Of a DNA stretch of 64,000 nucleotides, positions 38,655-47,464 are shown piece after piece. The notes below the pieces were generated by a model. That model did not search any database and was not told the origin of the DNA. It saw only the letters and a program-made list of their open reading frames with translations. The stretch lies in the IMG/VR virus record IMGVR_UViG_3300047335_000079, positions 6,980-70,979 of that record. The stretch is one strand, 5' to 3'. The DNA is from a virus. The position numbers and the translations under genes were made by a program. Positions within the stretch are counted from its first letter, which is position 1; every line of letters starts with the position of its first letter.

Positions 38655-39222
38655 ACAAGGTGAGGACCTGCTCCGCACCTATATCAACGCCTATGATAAA
38701 CCCTGCGATCACCTCGCCACGCGCGCGTGCATCCAATGTCGCTACGAGCGACTTGAAAGTTACGCAGATGTGGCTGACGTGTTTATCGCCGAAACGCTCG
38801 CCCACCACGGGCCAGGGAAGTGTGTTGAACGATGAAATACGTCTGCCCCTGGGGCCACGTCACCGAGCTTCGTCTGCCGGTGGTCCTGTACTTAGAGGAC
38901 TACGCGGTGCCTGCTCCCTACGTCCCCTGCACTCATTTTGTTGATCTCATCGACGGTGAGTGGCGCTTCAAGTGTGACCAGCGAGCTATCCCCGAGCACC
39001 ACAATACGCCCCAGCGGGTGTGGGACTAATGGGCAACCCCGTAAGCCTCACGGTCTCTTATAGTCTGGGCGGAGCAGGCAAGCCCTGCTGGACCGTCGAT
39101 GCGGGATTCGATTCGCATCTTGCGGCGTTTGATGTTATACTAACAGACGCAGATGGCAAATACACCGTCGTCCCATCCTGCAATCTCCACGTTGAACAAC
39201 TCTTCGATAAGGAAAAAAACTC

Positions 39223-39498
39223 GTGAGCTTGAAACCTACTGCTATTTCTGCCCTGAAACTTCGCAAGCAACGCAAAGTGTTCGCCGAAACTGCAGGGGCC
39301 GTCGTGCTCGTTGCGATGGTGGTGGCATTTATCGGCGCAGTGTATCTGGGCCTCCTGTTCGCCGTGTTTCACGCGATCAAATTCGTGTGGGCGACCTACC
39401 CCCTGAACTACTGGCAGACCGTCGTTGGGGTCTTTCTCATCGCCTTTGTCGCCAACCTCGTGGCCGCGCCATTTCGACGGAAAAGCGAGCCGGAGTAG
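39223..39498 (+). CDS. Two-TM membrane protein
   Basis: Two long hydrophobic segments. Confidence 0.6.
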   Translation: MSLKPTAISALKLRKQRKVFAETAGAVVLVAMVVAFIGAVYLGLLFAVFHAIKFVWATYPLNYWQTVVGVFLIAFVANLVAAPFRRKSEPE

Positions 39499-39619
39499 GG
39501 CTGTGTCTCGAATTTTTTGGCGTCGTGTGTGGCGCTCTCTTTGGCATGGCCCTATCGCTGCTACTGCGTAGGTGTGATATAGTAGACCCTAATCACCTCT
39601 TTGATAAAGGAGAACAACC

Positions 39620-39817
39620 TTGAAAACGACCATCGCTTCCAAAGCTCGCGCGGCAATCACCCGCAAACGCGGTATTACCTCGCACGAATTCACCAAAGTT
39701 GCTAAGACGAGTCGAGGCACGGCATCGAGCGCCCTTGCGCGCATCCGCCACGCCAAAGTCGGTGGCTTCCGCCAGAACCCACGCACCGGGCGGTTCAACA
39801 TCGTCTACGTCGCGTAA
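39620..39817 (+). CDS. Small, very basic putative nucleic-acid-binding protein
   Basis: AAAGGAG RBS, TTG start; K/R-rich 65 aa; own extended -10 (TGTGATATAGT ~39573). Confidence 0.65.
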   Translation: MKTTIASKARAAITRKRGITSHEFTKVAKTSRGTASSALARIRHAKVGGFRQNPRTGRFNIVYVA

Positions 39818-39822
39818 GGCCC

Positions 39823-39852
39823 TTGACAACAGGCCCCGGCCTGTGGTACAAT
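39823..39852 (+). promoter_or_regulatory. Consensus-like sigma70 promoter
   Basis: TTGACA-18-TACAAT with TGTG; spacer holds the palindrome ACAGGCC-CC-GGCCTGT. Confidence 0.8.
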
Positions 39853-39857
39853 GCCCA

Positions 39858-40105
39858 AGCGAGGTTGAGGCTCGGCGACCCTGCGGCTCTGAACCGCTAA
39901 AGGGCACGCCACAAGAAATGCCGGATATTCCCCGGCAGACGGTACTCCGAGGCCGTTACCACCAAACATCGTGAAGGCCCCGCCCTCGGGTAGTAGTTAG
40001 GCACGCAGCTAACAGAGGGCACAATTTCTTTCCACTCTAAAACTGTTCGCTGACAGGGGAGCAACAAAAACACCGCTTGACTAATCGTCGGCGGTGTTTT
40101 TGTTT
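39858..40105 (+). ncRNA. Candidate ~250 nt stand-alone structured ncRNA
   Basis: Lies between the promoter and a terminator; nested stems GGCG/CCCT/GCGG, AAGAAAT/ATTTCTT closing TGCCGG, GACGGT and GCCCTC hairpins; no RBS-led ORF. Confidence 0.65.
40063..40105. terminator. Bidirectional intrinsic terminator
   Basis: AACAAAAACACCGC...GCGGTGTTTTTGTT. Confidence 0.8.
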
Positions 40106-40251
40106 AGATGGGCCTTGATTTGAGATCGCTTTTCTCGGCGCTTGTCAGAAAAGAAGCCTGCTTTTCTGAAACGGGACCACGCCACGCCTAGTCGGCCTGT
40201 CAATAACCTAACGGGTTGTTGAGTTTTTGGCTTAGACACCGCAGTACCCCA

Positions 40252-41751
40252 CTACTTAAACGAGGTCATTCTGTTCAAGCGCTGTCTGAGTGCAACGGCT
40301 CGCTCGAACTCAATTTGGTAGCCCAGCGCGTCGGAAACGTGAGTGCGCTCGGGGTCGGACTTTTTGTCGAGGTCGTTGGTGCCCTCGACGTACTTGACCA
40401 TTTCAACGTCCTTGATGGTTTCGACACAGCGTGGGTGGAACCACATGCCGTAGCGGCCATCTGCTGCTTTCAAGTGAGCGTTGAACGCGCCGATGCGGTC
40501 TCCTACGCTCGATGACTTCATTCGGATACGTGGCTCAAACCTAATACCGGCAAGGCGAAGTCTCTCGAAGATGACACCCCAGTTGGAACGGTTAGCTGAT
40601 TGGGAGGAAATCTGCTGGCTTCGAGCCCCGCCTGCCGGGTCTCCGTAGATCACCACACCTTTCTTACGGGCTTGCTCACCGAACCTACGGATGAATTCAT
40701 CAGCCACATCCGGGGCTCCTGCATCGTGCATGATGATCTCGTCGATGACATAGGTGATTTGCTCTTGGGCCGCAGGCACGGTCCAGTTGCGGAATTTCCG
40801 CATTTCTTCAATCGTCGAGCCCGCGACTTTGTGATAGTCCATGCCGCGACGGTCAATGGTGTGCGGTGCAACGAACGTCTGAGAGATCGTGCTGGCCATG
40901 TAGCCCACGTTAAAGTCCAGCGCCCATTGGAGTGGCAGGCCGTCGATGTACTCAATAGGCGGCAACCCCGCAAGTGGTTCGAGGTGGATGCGCCGGTCAA
41001 AGGCCTTGTAGACACGGCCCCGCACGGCATAGCCCCATTGCCCATCCACGAGAACATGTGCTTCGTCCTCGCTCATTGAGCGAAGCAGCATCGGTAGGTA
41101 CTCGGGGTCAGCGTCGAGCAAGAACACGTTGTCTCGCACACTGACCTGCTGGTAGGTGCAAAAGTGCTGTTCTTCAAGAAGTTCGTAGAGCCAATGCGCG
41201 ATCGTCTCAGGCGGGTTCGTTGAGAAGCGCAGTTGGGGTGAAAGATCGTCGTACTTTGCAGCTTTGCCTTCGGGTGAAGGACGCAAACGCGGGGTAAGGT
41301 ACTTAACGAAGGCCTCGTTTGTTGGGCCCCAATCTGAGATTTCGTCGGCGTAGATGGAGTCCGCTTCCAAGGAGCGAAATGACTCGAAGTTTTCAGCCGT
41401 CAGTGGAAACAGCCGCGCATCCACCCCAGGGACCACAATGGTATTATCGGAGCGGTTATGAACGGCCTTGATGTTGCGCCGCGCGAACTCCGCCATAATC
41501 GACGGAATGGTGCCGCGCTTCAACTGTGGGGTGTCGCGACCTGCAAAGCAGTGCTTGGCGTGGGGGAACTTCATCACCCGGTCGATCAGCCACGAACAGC
41601 ACACCTGCGTTTTGCCAGAGCCCAGGCCCCCAATGACGCCGTGAATACGGTTCTGATTGCCCAGGAACTCGGCCTGCCAGGGCAATACCTGGAGGCGATG
41701 TTCAACTACGTTTGGCATTTTGTTAAAAGGTTCCGCAGTCCCTTCTCGCAA
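40252..41751 (-). CDS. terL: Terminase large subunit
   Basis: Walker A GGLGSGKT, Walker B IYADE, STNP; nuclease motifs LDFNV, YGDPAG, HVSDALGY. Confidence 0.93.
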   Translation of the reverse strand: MREGTAEPFNKMPNVVEHRLQVLPWQAEFLGNQNRIHGVIGGLGSGKTQVCCSWLIDRVMKFPHAKHCFAGRDTPQLKRGTIPSIMAEFARRNIKAVHNRSDNTIVVPGVDARLFPLTAENFESFRSLEADSIYADEISDWGPTNEAFVKYLTPRLRPSPEGKAAKYDDLSPQLRFSTNPPETIAHWLYELLEEQHFCTYQQVSVRDNVFLLDADPEYLPMLLRSMSEDEAHVLVDGQWGYAVRGRVYKAFDRRIHLEPLAGLPPIEYIDGLPLQWALDFNVGYMASTISQTFVAPHTIDRRGMDYHKVAGSTIEEMRKFRNWTVPAAQEQITYVIDEIIMHDAGAPDVADEFIRRFGEQARKKGVVIYGDPAGGARSQQISSQSANRSNWGVIFERLRLAGIRFEPRIRMKSSSVGDRIGAFNAHLKAADGRYGMWFHPRCVETIKDVEMVKYVEGTNDLDKKSDPERTHVSDALGYQIEFERAVALRQRLNRMTSFK

Positions 41752-41841
41752 CCTTTAGGGTTGTGATAAAATGAAATTCGGACCTTTTCGAGAATTAACA
41801 GTACGCTTACGAACAATTTGGTCGCGAGGACACAACCCCAC

Positions 41842-41985
41842 ATGAACCTGCCTGTGCCTCCAACCGAGGCCGAAAACATCATTTCCGACACGAATGCCGC
41901 GCTGGGCAACGCCATGAGTAAGTCTATCCTCGCTGGGGTATCGTTTCTGGGACTCGTTGTGCTGGTTGCCTGCCTTGCCCCGTAA
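41842..41985 (+). CDS. 47 aa protein with a C-terminal TM
   Basis: GAGGA RBS; ...SILAGVSFLGLVVLVACLAP*. Confidence 0.5.
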   Translation: MNLPVPPTEAENIISDTNAALGNAMSKSILAGVSFLGLVVLVACLAP

Positions 41986-42100
41986 ACCGTCTTGGACGTG
42001 CCCGTATTGCTCCGCCGCTGGTACAGCGGACGATCAACGAACCGCTGATGCTTCTCGAAAGTGGCACGTAGATCAGTACCACGCCAAGAAGAAGCGTTAA
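41975..42100 (+). CDS. 41 aa C2H2-type zinc-finger micro-protein
   Basis: MPRKPSWTCPYC...WHVDQYHAKKKR*; TAATG coupling to the next gene. Confidence 0.55.
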   Translation: MPRKPSWTCPYCSAAGTADDQRTADASRKWHVDQYHAKKKR

Positions 42101-42570
42101 TGTCTTTCATTACCAGGACCATTCAAGGCGTCGTCGAATCGAGTGAGCGAAAGTTCATCATCGACAACTTCGTCCCTTACACCAACTCCCAAGGAGTCAC
42201 CGTCTTGCCACCCTTCCTCAAAGAGATTCTCGCGCTGCTCGGCGGCGAAGTTGTCGCTTATCTCAACAGCCATGAGGCTGAGTTCATTGCCGCCGCGCAG
42301 GCCGCAGGGACGACTGGCGCTTCTGCGCTCAAGGCCTACATCAACAAGATCGTCGCTGGTGATGCGCTGCTCGCCCCGTTTGCTTCGCTCATCGACGCGG
42401 CGATTGACGCGGCGCTGCCCAAACTCCTCGCGGCTGCTGGCGGCGACGAGAAACTGCTCTACGCCGCAGTCCTGGCCTATGTGAGCAAAGAGCTTGGCTA
42501 CTTGAGTGCCCCAAACCCAGCCTCGGCTATCCCTGGGCTGGTCGGCGCGCGCCCAATCGGAGCGGACTAA
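42100..42570 (+). CDS. Ala-rich hypothetical protein (possibly membrane or lysis related)
   Basis: MSFITRTIQG...; amphipathic, Ala-rich. Confidence 0.6.
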   Translation: MSFITRTIQGVVESSERKFIIDNFVPYTNSQGVTVLPPFLKEILALLGGEVVAYLNSHEAEFIAAAQAAGTTGASALKAYINKIVAGDALLAPFASLIDAAIDAALPKLLAAAGGDEKLLYAAVLAYVSKELGYLSAPNPASAIPGLVGARPIGAD

Positions 42571-42712
42571 GCTTCTAGCGCCTACACCTTCCGGGGAAAC
42601 TTCTGGCAAAAAACGGGTAAAGCCGCTTCACTGGGCCAGCGGGAAAGAACCGATTGGGGTTTGACGACTAACGAGGAGTGGCGTTAGGGGCGCTAGAATA
42701 CCACTCCATCAA

Positions 42713-42784
42713 GCCGCTAGTGCAAGGACACAGACGGGTCTCCAAAACCAGTCGAGCTTCGGGCAGTACGAAGGGGCGGTGCCA
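42713..42784 (+). tRNA. Degenerate tRNA-like gene, anticodon CCA (Trp)
   Basis: GCCGCT...GGT-CTCCAAA-ACC...CTTCG-GGCAGTA-CGAAG-GGGCGGT-G-CCA; non-canonical T-loop and D-arm. Confidence 0.5.
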
Positions 42785-42858
42785 TGCGGGGAGAAGCGGC
42801 TCTTCACCAGTGTCTCATAAGCACTCGGGATTAGGTTCAACTCCTGGCCCCGCATCCA
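42785..42858 (+). tRNA. tRNA with CAT anticodon (Met/fMet/Ile2), aberrant D-arm
   Basis: TGCGGGG...AGTGT-CTCATAA-GCACT...TTAGG-TTCAACT-CCTGG-CCCCGCA-T-CCA. Confidence 0.7.
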
Positions 42859-42905
42859 AAAGACCCCTTGCCCCAGACCAACTTTGGGGATGTAGGGGTC
42901 TTTTT
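42858..42905. terminator. Hairpin with flanking A/T tracts inside the tRNA cluster
   Basis: AAAAGACCCCT...AGGGGTCTTTT. Confidence 0.55.
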
Positions 42906-42906
42906 A

Positions 42907-42984
42907 TGAGAGGTAGCTCAGTTGGTATAGAGCACCCGCCTGTTAAGTGGGTTGTCGCTGGTTCGAGCCCAGCCCTCTCAGCCA
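42907..42984 (+). tRNA. tRNA-Asn(GTT)
   Basis: Canonical cloverleaf TGAGAGG...CCCGC-CTGTTAA-GTGGG...GCTGG-TTCGAGC-CCAGC-CCTCTCA-G-CCA. Confidence 0.93.
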
Positions 42985-43073
42985 CTGCCCCAGTGTAGCC
43001 TCTGCTTTACGACACGTTCCTGGGGTTTTTCTTTTTCCTAAAGGCTTGAGCACTCGTGCGGCTAACTTAAAAG

Positions 43074-43628
43074 TTGCCTATGTCATCGTATCATTGGGAG
43101 GAGCTAGACAAACTCTATCCCAAGCAGGCAGACAAATTCAGTCGTGCTCGCTCCCGCGTAATCTCAAACGGGACTCCGTTGGAGACTCTCGCGGCGATGC
43201 TTGACCTCCCACTTGAAATGCTGCGTGCTCGGTCCTCGGATGAGGGGTGGGAATCGCTTCGCTTTGAGCACCTCAAAAGTTCGTCGGTTGAAGCCGCCGA
43301 AGCCATACTTGCAGCCACGCAAGCCACCCTCGCCTCTTCCCCCGACAACGACCTCGAACGCCACATCACCTCGGCTGACGCGGCTGTCCGAATGGGTGAA
43401 AACCTCATCCTCGCGCTCGCCAACTCCGAGACCAACGAGCGAGACTTGAAAATCATCCGTGCAAAGATCGAGGCATTTCGTTCGCTGGCCGAAGGCCTGG
43501 AGTCCGTCATCAAAACTTCGCGCTCTGTTCGTGGTATCAAAAACGACCAACCCTCTAAAGTGGTCGAGAAGGAATCCACCAAAGTCATCTACGAGACCGT
43601 CATTGTGCCTGCGAGACAGACGGCATAA
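43074..43628 (+). CDS. Probable terminase small subunit
   Basis: N-terminal HTH-like segment (LETLAAMLDLP...RSSDEGW), helical body, coupled to the portal gene. Confidence 0.55.
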   Translation: MPMSSYHWEELDKLYPKQADKFSRARSRVISNGTPLETLAAMLDLPLEMLRARSSDEGWESLRFEHLKSSSVEAAEAILAATQATLASSPDNDLERHITSADAAVRMGENLILALANSETNERDLKIIRAKIEAFRSLAEGLESVIKTSRSVRGIKNDQPSKVVEKESTKVIYETVIVPARQTA

Positions 43629-45286
43629 TGGGCTTCAAAGAGATCAAGCGCGCCTGGTCAAACAAGTACCCCAAGGGCACGCCACCGCGCGTGAAGGACC
43701 TCGACGCCTACGACAAGATGCTCGCAGGCGACTTCTACGATATTCTCCCGCACCCGTTTGAAAAAGAGAAGAACGGCGACCAGGAGATTCCGCTCTACGA
43801 GCGCCGCCCTAACGTCCAGTACAACATGTGCGAAATGCTCACCCACCAGCAGGCGTCCCTGCTTTTTGGTGACAAGCATCGCCCATCCATTCGCGTGTAC
43901 GACCCAAAGCAGCCCGACGCCCCGCCCGATGACCTCAAGCAGTCGCAAATCGTCATCGACGCACTGCACGATCAACTCGACCTAGATGAAGTTCTCTTAG
44001 AGGCCGTCATCAAAGGCCAATCGGGCTCGGTCGCGCTTATCGTGTCGATGGTAGCAGATGAGCTGCCGTTTATCGACGTGGTTGAAGGCAAGAAATGCCA
44101 ACCGAAGTTCAACCCCGCTAACCCCCGCGAACTCATTGCACTGGTGCGTGAGTACACCACGCTGGGCGCTGAGCTTTCGACTTTAGGCTACGATATCCCA
44201 GATGAAAACTTGCAAAAGACGTACTGGGTACGCATGGTTCTCGACGCAGCCCGAGACACATGGTACATCCCCATGCTCAATGAAAAACACGAACGGTTAG
44301 GCGAGAAAGACCTCTCCGAGCCGGGCGGCGTCATTGCATGGCGCGAGGACCTCGAACGCTCGCGCAACCACCCATTCAAAGTCGTTCCGTGCGTGTGGAT
44401 TCGTAACTTGAACGAGCGCCGCAAGATCGACGGCAAGTGCACGTTCCAGTCCATCGTGGACATTCAAGTCGCGCTGGACTACCTTGCTTCGCAGATCACG
44501 CGCGGCTTCCACTACACCGCAGACCCCTTTCTTGCCGTTCAACGCGGTGAGCTGGACTCGATGATTCCTATCGGTGGTTCCGCGCTTGACCCGCTTACAG
44601 AGATGGATGCGCCAGTCAACATTGACGTAAAGGGCACCCCTGCGCGTACAATGTCCATCCCTCATGGTGCAAAAGCCGAACTGCTCGAAATCGAGGGCGG
44701 TGGGCTGGCCGGGGCCAAGGACTGGTTCATTACGCTGCGGGAAGCCGCACTTGAAATCATGAGTGGCTCCAAGGCCATGCAAGAGCGCACCAGCGGCAAC
44801 CCGCACTCAGGCAAAGCGCTAGAGATTCTCCAACAGGCGCTCGTGTGGCTCATTGAGCGCCAGCGCCTTGCCTATGGCGAGCACGGGCTCATTCCACTGC
44901 TCCGCCTGCTCATGACGGCGTATCAGAGTGATCTCTACGACCTCGATGGCATTTCGGGCGGCTTGAAAAACCCCAACGTGCCACTCAAACTCATTTGGCC
45001 GTCGTGGATGACCCCGACCGGAGATGAGTTGCTCTCGACGGTTACGGCCCTGCAACTCGCGGCTGGTGGCTCGGTCCGCGAGCCGCGTCAAATCGCCCCG
45101 ATGGACGTGGTGATTCGCCAGGCCCTCATGGCCCTGGGCTACCCCGACCCCTCACCCGCCATCAACCAGGCGCTGGAAGAGAGTCGTGAGTTCTTGGAGG
45201 ATAAAGCCGAGCATGAGCTTGCGGTCGAGGCTATCGGACCGAAGATCGCCGCGAGCGCCCCGGCAAGCAAGCCCGCCTCCAAATAG
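43628..45286 (+). CDS. Portal protein
   Basis: 552 aa; YNMC...LFG, HPFKVVPCVWIRN, SGKAL; position after TerS. Confidence 0.8.
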   Translation: MGFKEIKRAWSNKYPKGTPPRVKDLDAYDKMLAGDFYDILPHPFEKEKNGDQEIPLYERRPNVQYNMCEMLTHQQASLLFGDKHRPSIRVYDPKQPDAPPDDLKQSQIVIDALHDQLDLDEVLLEAVIKGQSGSVALIVSMVADELPFIDVVEGKKCQPKFNPANPRELIALVREYTTLGAELSTLGYDIPDENLQKTYWVRMVLDAARDTWYIPMLNEKHERLGEKDLSEPGGVIAWREDLERSRNHPFKVVPCVWIRNLNERRKIDGKCTFQSIVDIQVALDYLASQITRGFHYTADPFLAVQRGELDSMIPIGGSALDPLTEMDAPVNIDVKGTPARTMSIPHGAKAELLEIEGGGLAGAKDWFITLREAALEIMSGSKAMQERTSGNPHSGKALEILQQALVWLIERQRLAYGEHGLIPLLRLLMTAYQSDLYDLDGISGGLKNPNVPLKLIWPSWMTPTGDELLSTVTALQLAAGGSVREPRQIAPMDVVIRQALMALGYPDPSPAINQALEESREFLEDKAEHELAVEAIGPKIAASAPASKPASK

Positions 45287-45362
45287 CTTTCAAGTGTGCT
45301 AGACTCTAGCCACTGAGACACACGCCCTAGTGTTTAGGGCATCTTACCTCAGGAGAACCCCT

Positions 45363-46031
45363 ATGGCTGACCAAACGGACACTACGGTGTCAGCGGATGG
45401 CACCTCAGTAACCCCCGACCCCAAAGACCAGCAAGTTCAAGCCACTGACAAGACCCAGCACGACGCGGGCGACGGTGGTGGTGAAGATACCCCCAAGACC
45501 TTCAAAAAGGAGTACGTTGACCGACTCCGCTCTAGCGCCGATAACGCGCAGAAAGAGGCGAAGGAGCTTCGTGCAAAGTTAGAGGCCATCGAGAAGGCCA
45601 AGCTCGAAGAGACTGGTCAATTCAAAGACCTCTACGAAAAAGAGAAGGCCAAGGCCGCAGAGATCGAGGCCGCTCGTCAAGCGGACCTTTCTCAAGCCGA
45701 CCAGCGCTACATCCGGGCCGAGGTCAAAGCCGCAGCCGCCGCTGCTGGCATCCAGGACCCCTCGGACGTTGCACTTTTGGACTTCTCGAAGTTCAAGATC
45801 AACGCCGATGGCGATGTTGAGGGTGTCACCGAGGCGATCACCGCGCTCAAGGCCTCCAAGCCATATCTCTTCAAAGGCACCCGCCAAGCCGCCGCTGTCG
45901 ATGTGGCGGGCAAACCCATCCCACCAGTTGGTGGTGGCGAGGGTGAGAAGAAGAACGCGATGGATATGACCCCGGAAGAGTGGCGCAAAGCCTGGGCCAA
46001 TGTCTCGAAGCCCAAGCGGGTTCCAGCCTAA
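45363..46031 (+). CDS. Capsid scaffolding protein
   Basis: KTFKKEYVDRLR coiled coil, LKASKPYLF, MTPEEW; AGGAG RBS before ATG 45363. Confidence 0.8.
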   Translation: MADQTDTTVSADGTSVTPDPKDQQVQATDKTQHDAGDGGGEDTPKTFKKEYVDRLRSSADNAQKEAKELRAKLEAIEKAKLEETGQFKDLYEKEKAKAAEIEAARQADLSQADQRYIRAEVKAAAAAAGIQDPSDVALLDFSKFKINADGDVEGVTEAITALKASKPYLFKGTRQAAAVDVAGKPIPPVGGGEGEKKNAMDMTPEEWRKAWANVSKPKRVPA

Positions 46032-46033
46032 CC

Positions 46034-46080
46034 TTGACAGGCACCCCCGTGGTGTGCTATAATATCCACGGGGGTGTTTG
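46034..46080 (+). promoter_or_regulatory. Promoter embedded in an inverted repeat
   Basis: TTGACA-18-TATAAT; the -10 lies between the arms CAGGCACCCCCGTGG and CCACGGGGGTGTTTG. Confidence 0.75.
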
Positions 46081-46106
46081 CCTCCCACTTTTACCATGGC
46101 CTTTGA

Positions 46107-47009
46107 GTGAAATCTAGCACAGCCGCAGTTTCTCGATTGCGCTTACGACGACTAACCTCGGGCCTTTGTCAGCTTTGCGGCAGGCGTCCGTGCCTGCCTG
46201 AACTAAAGTCATGTGGTGCCTGCTCACTGCGCAACCAGGAAAAAACCAAGGCTGATTGGGTTAAAACGAAATCACAAGAGAGCGAGACCGCTAAGTCAGC
46301 GCGCCGAGCGCAAAGCCGTGAGGCTACCCGCAAACTTCGCGAGGCGCGGCTTGCTAATAATAAGTGTGTTCTGTGCGGCGACTACCCCCCACGCCCAGGG
46401 TTTACGCAATGCGAAGCATGCGCTCAACTCCGCCGCGACCGCGCGCGGGAGTACGAGGCTAAGAGGCGCGCAAATGGAGAGTGTCGTCGATGCCGGAACC
46501 CAATTCGCCCTGGAACTCAGCAGTGTGAGGCTCACTTAGCACTCGATGCAGAGCGCCAGCAAAACCGAATGCCAACCCTACGGTCCCAGCAGCGCGCGGC
46601 GGGTATTTGTATTTATTGTGGCACCCAGCCCGCTCGCGAGGGTCGCGTGGGGTGTGCTATTTGTGCTACAAAAAATAAGGTTTCTTACGACAAGCGGGGT
46701 CGGCGGTGGGCACTAAACGTCCTTTCGCGAAGCCGATGGTCCGCGACTCAGCATGGGGGCAAGCCCCTACTAGTCACCCCCGAATGGCTGGTGGAGTCTC
46801 GCTTACAGGCAAATGATACGTGTGAAGGATGCCTTAAAGTTACTGAAAAACTCCGGCCAGACCACAGCCATCTCGACGGAACCTTCCGAGCATGGTTGTG
46901 TGGAACGTGCAACAGCGCGCTTGGAATGGTTAAGGATAATGACAAAACCCTAGAGCGCTTAGCCCAGATCGTAAAAAGACACGCGGCGGGCACTAGCGAA
47001 GAGGCTTAA
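46107..47009 (+). CDS. Endonuclease VII-like (HNH-fold) endonuclease with four N-terminal Zn-finger repeats, probable homing endonuclease
   Basis: CEGC...PDHSHLDGTFRAWLCGTCNSALG; repeats C..CG..P...G...C..C. Confidence 0.8.
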   Translation: MKSSTAAVSRLRLRRLTSGLCQLCGRRPCLPELKSCGACSLRNQEKTKADWVKTKSQESETAKSARRAQSREATRKLREARLANNKCVLCGDYPPRPGFTQCEACAQLRRDRAREYEAKRRANGECRRCRNPIRPGTQQCEAHLALDAERQQNRMPTLRSQQRAAGICIYCGTQPAREGRVGCAICATKNKVSYDKRGRRWALNVLSRSRWSATQHGGKPLLVTPEWLVESRLQANDTCEGCLKVTEKLRPDHSHLDGTFRAWLCGTCNSALGMVKDNDKTLERLAQIVKRHAAGTSEEA

Positions 47010-47010
47010 A

Positions 47011-47301
47011 ATGGCCAAGCCTACACCCGCCTTGCTCAAGCGCCTCAAACCCTGGCAGGTGCTCGTGGTGACCTGGAAAGACTTTCACTCCATGCAAGGC
47101 TCGTTTCGAGGCTCGCAGTTTTTTGATGAGTCGTTCTCGCCGTGTATCCGAAAGACCGTTGGCTTTTACGTCGGTCAGAACGACGAGTGGCTTACCGTCG
47201 CGTCCACTGACGACCGTAATGCGGGCACTGGTGTGAACGATATCGAGGACCTCACCGTGTTCATCATTGCGGGTATTGTTGATATTCAAGTTCTTGAATG
47301 A
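47011..47301 (+). CDS. Conserved small phage protein
   Basis: VVTWKD...C..TVGF......LTVAS pattern. Confidence 0.65.
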   Translation: MAKPTPALLKRLKPWQVLVVTWKDFHSMQGSFRGSQFFDESFSPCIRKTVGFYVGQNDEWLTVASTDDRNAGTGVNDIEDLTVFIIAGIVDIQVLE

Positions 47302-47464
47302 AAACTTAAAAGGTTAGCAATACAAAAAGTATAAACAACAATCAAGACTCCAAGCCATGCTCCTACGCTCTGGTTAAGCCAGCCGGGAGGGATGAGGGTC
47401 GCAAAAACTCGTTTGCATTCTCTCTTCCGTCTTTAGTGCACAGCACTAGGAGCTTTCAACCTCA

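Noticed and set aside
42785-42858. Idea that the CAT tRNA decodes the ATC start of the GATase
   Set aside because: A CAU anticodon does not pair with AUC at the wobble position and the tRNA lacks initiator hallmarks; no support from sequence
47385-47420. c-di-GMP-I riboswitch-like GGTCGCAAAA
   Set aside because: Missing the GGCAAAC/GAAA P2 elements and tetraloop receptor
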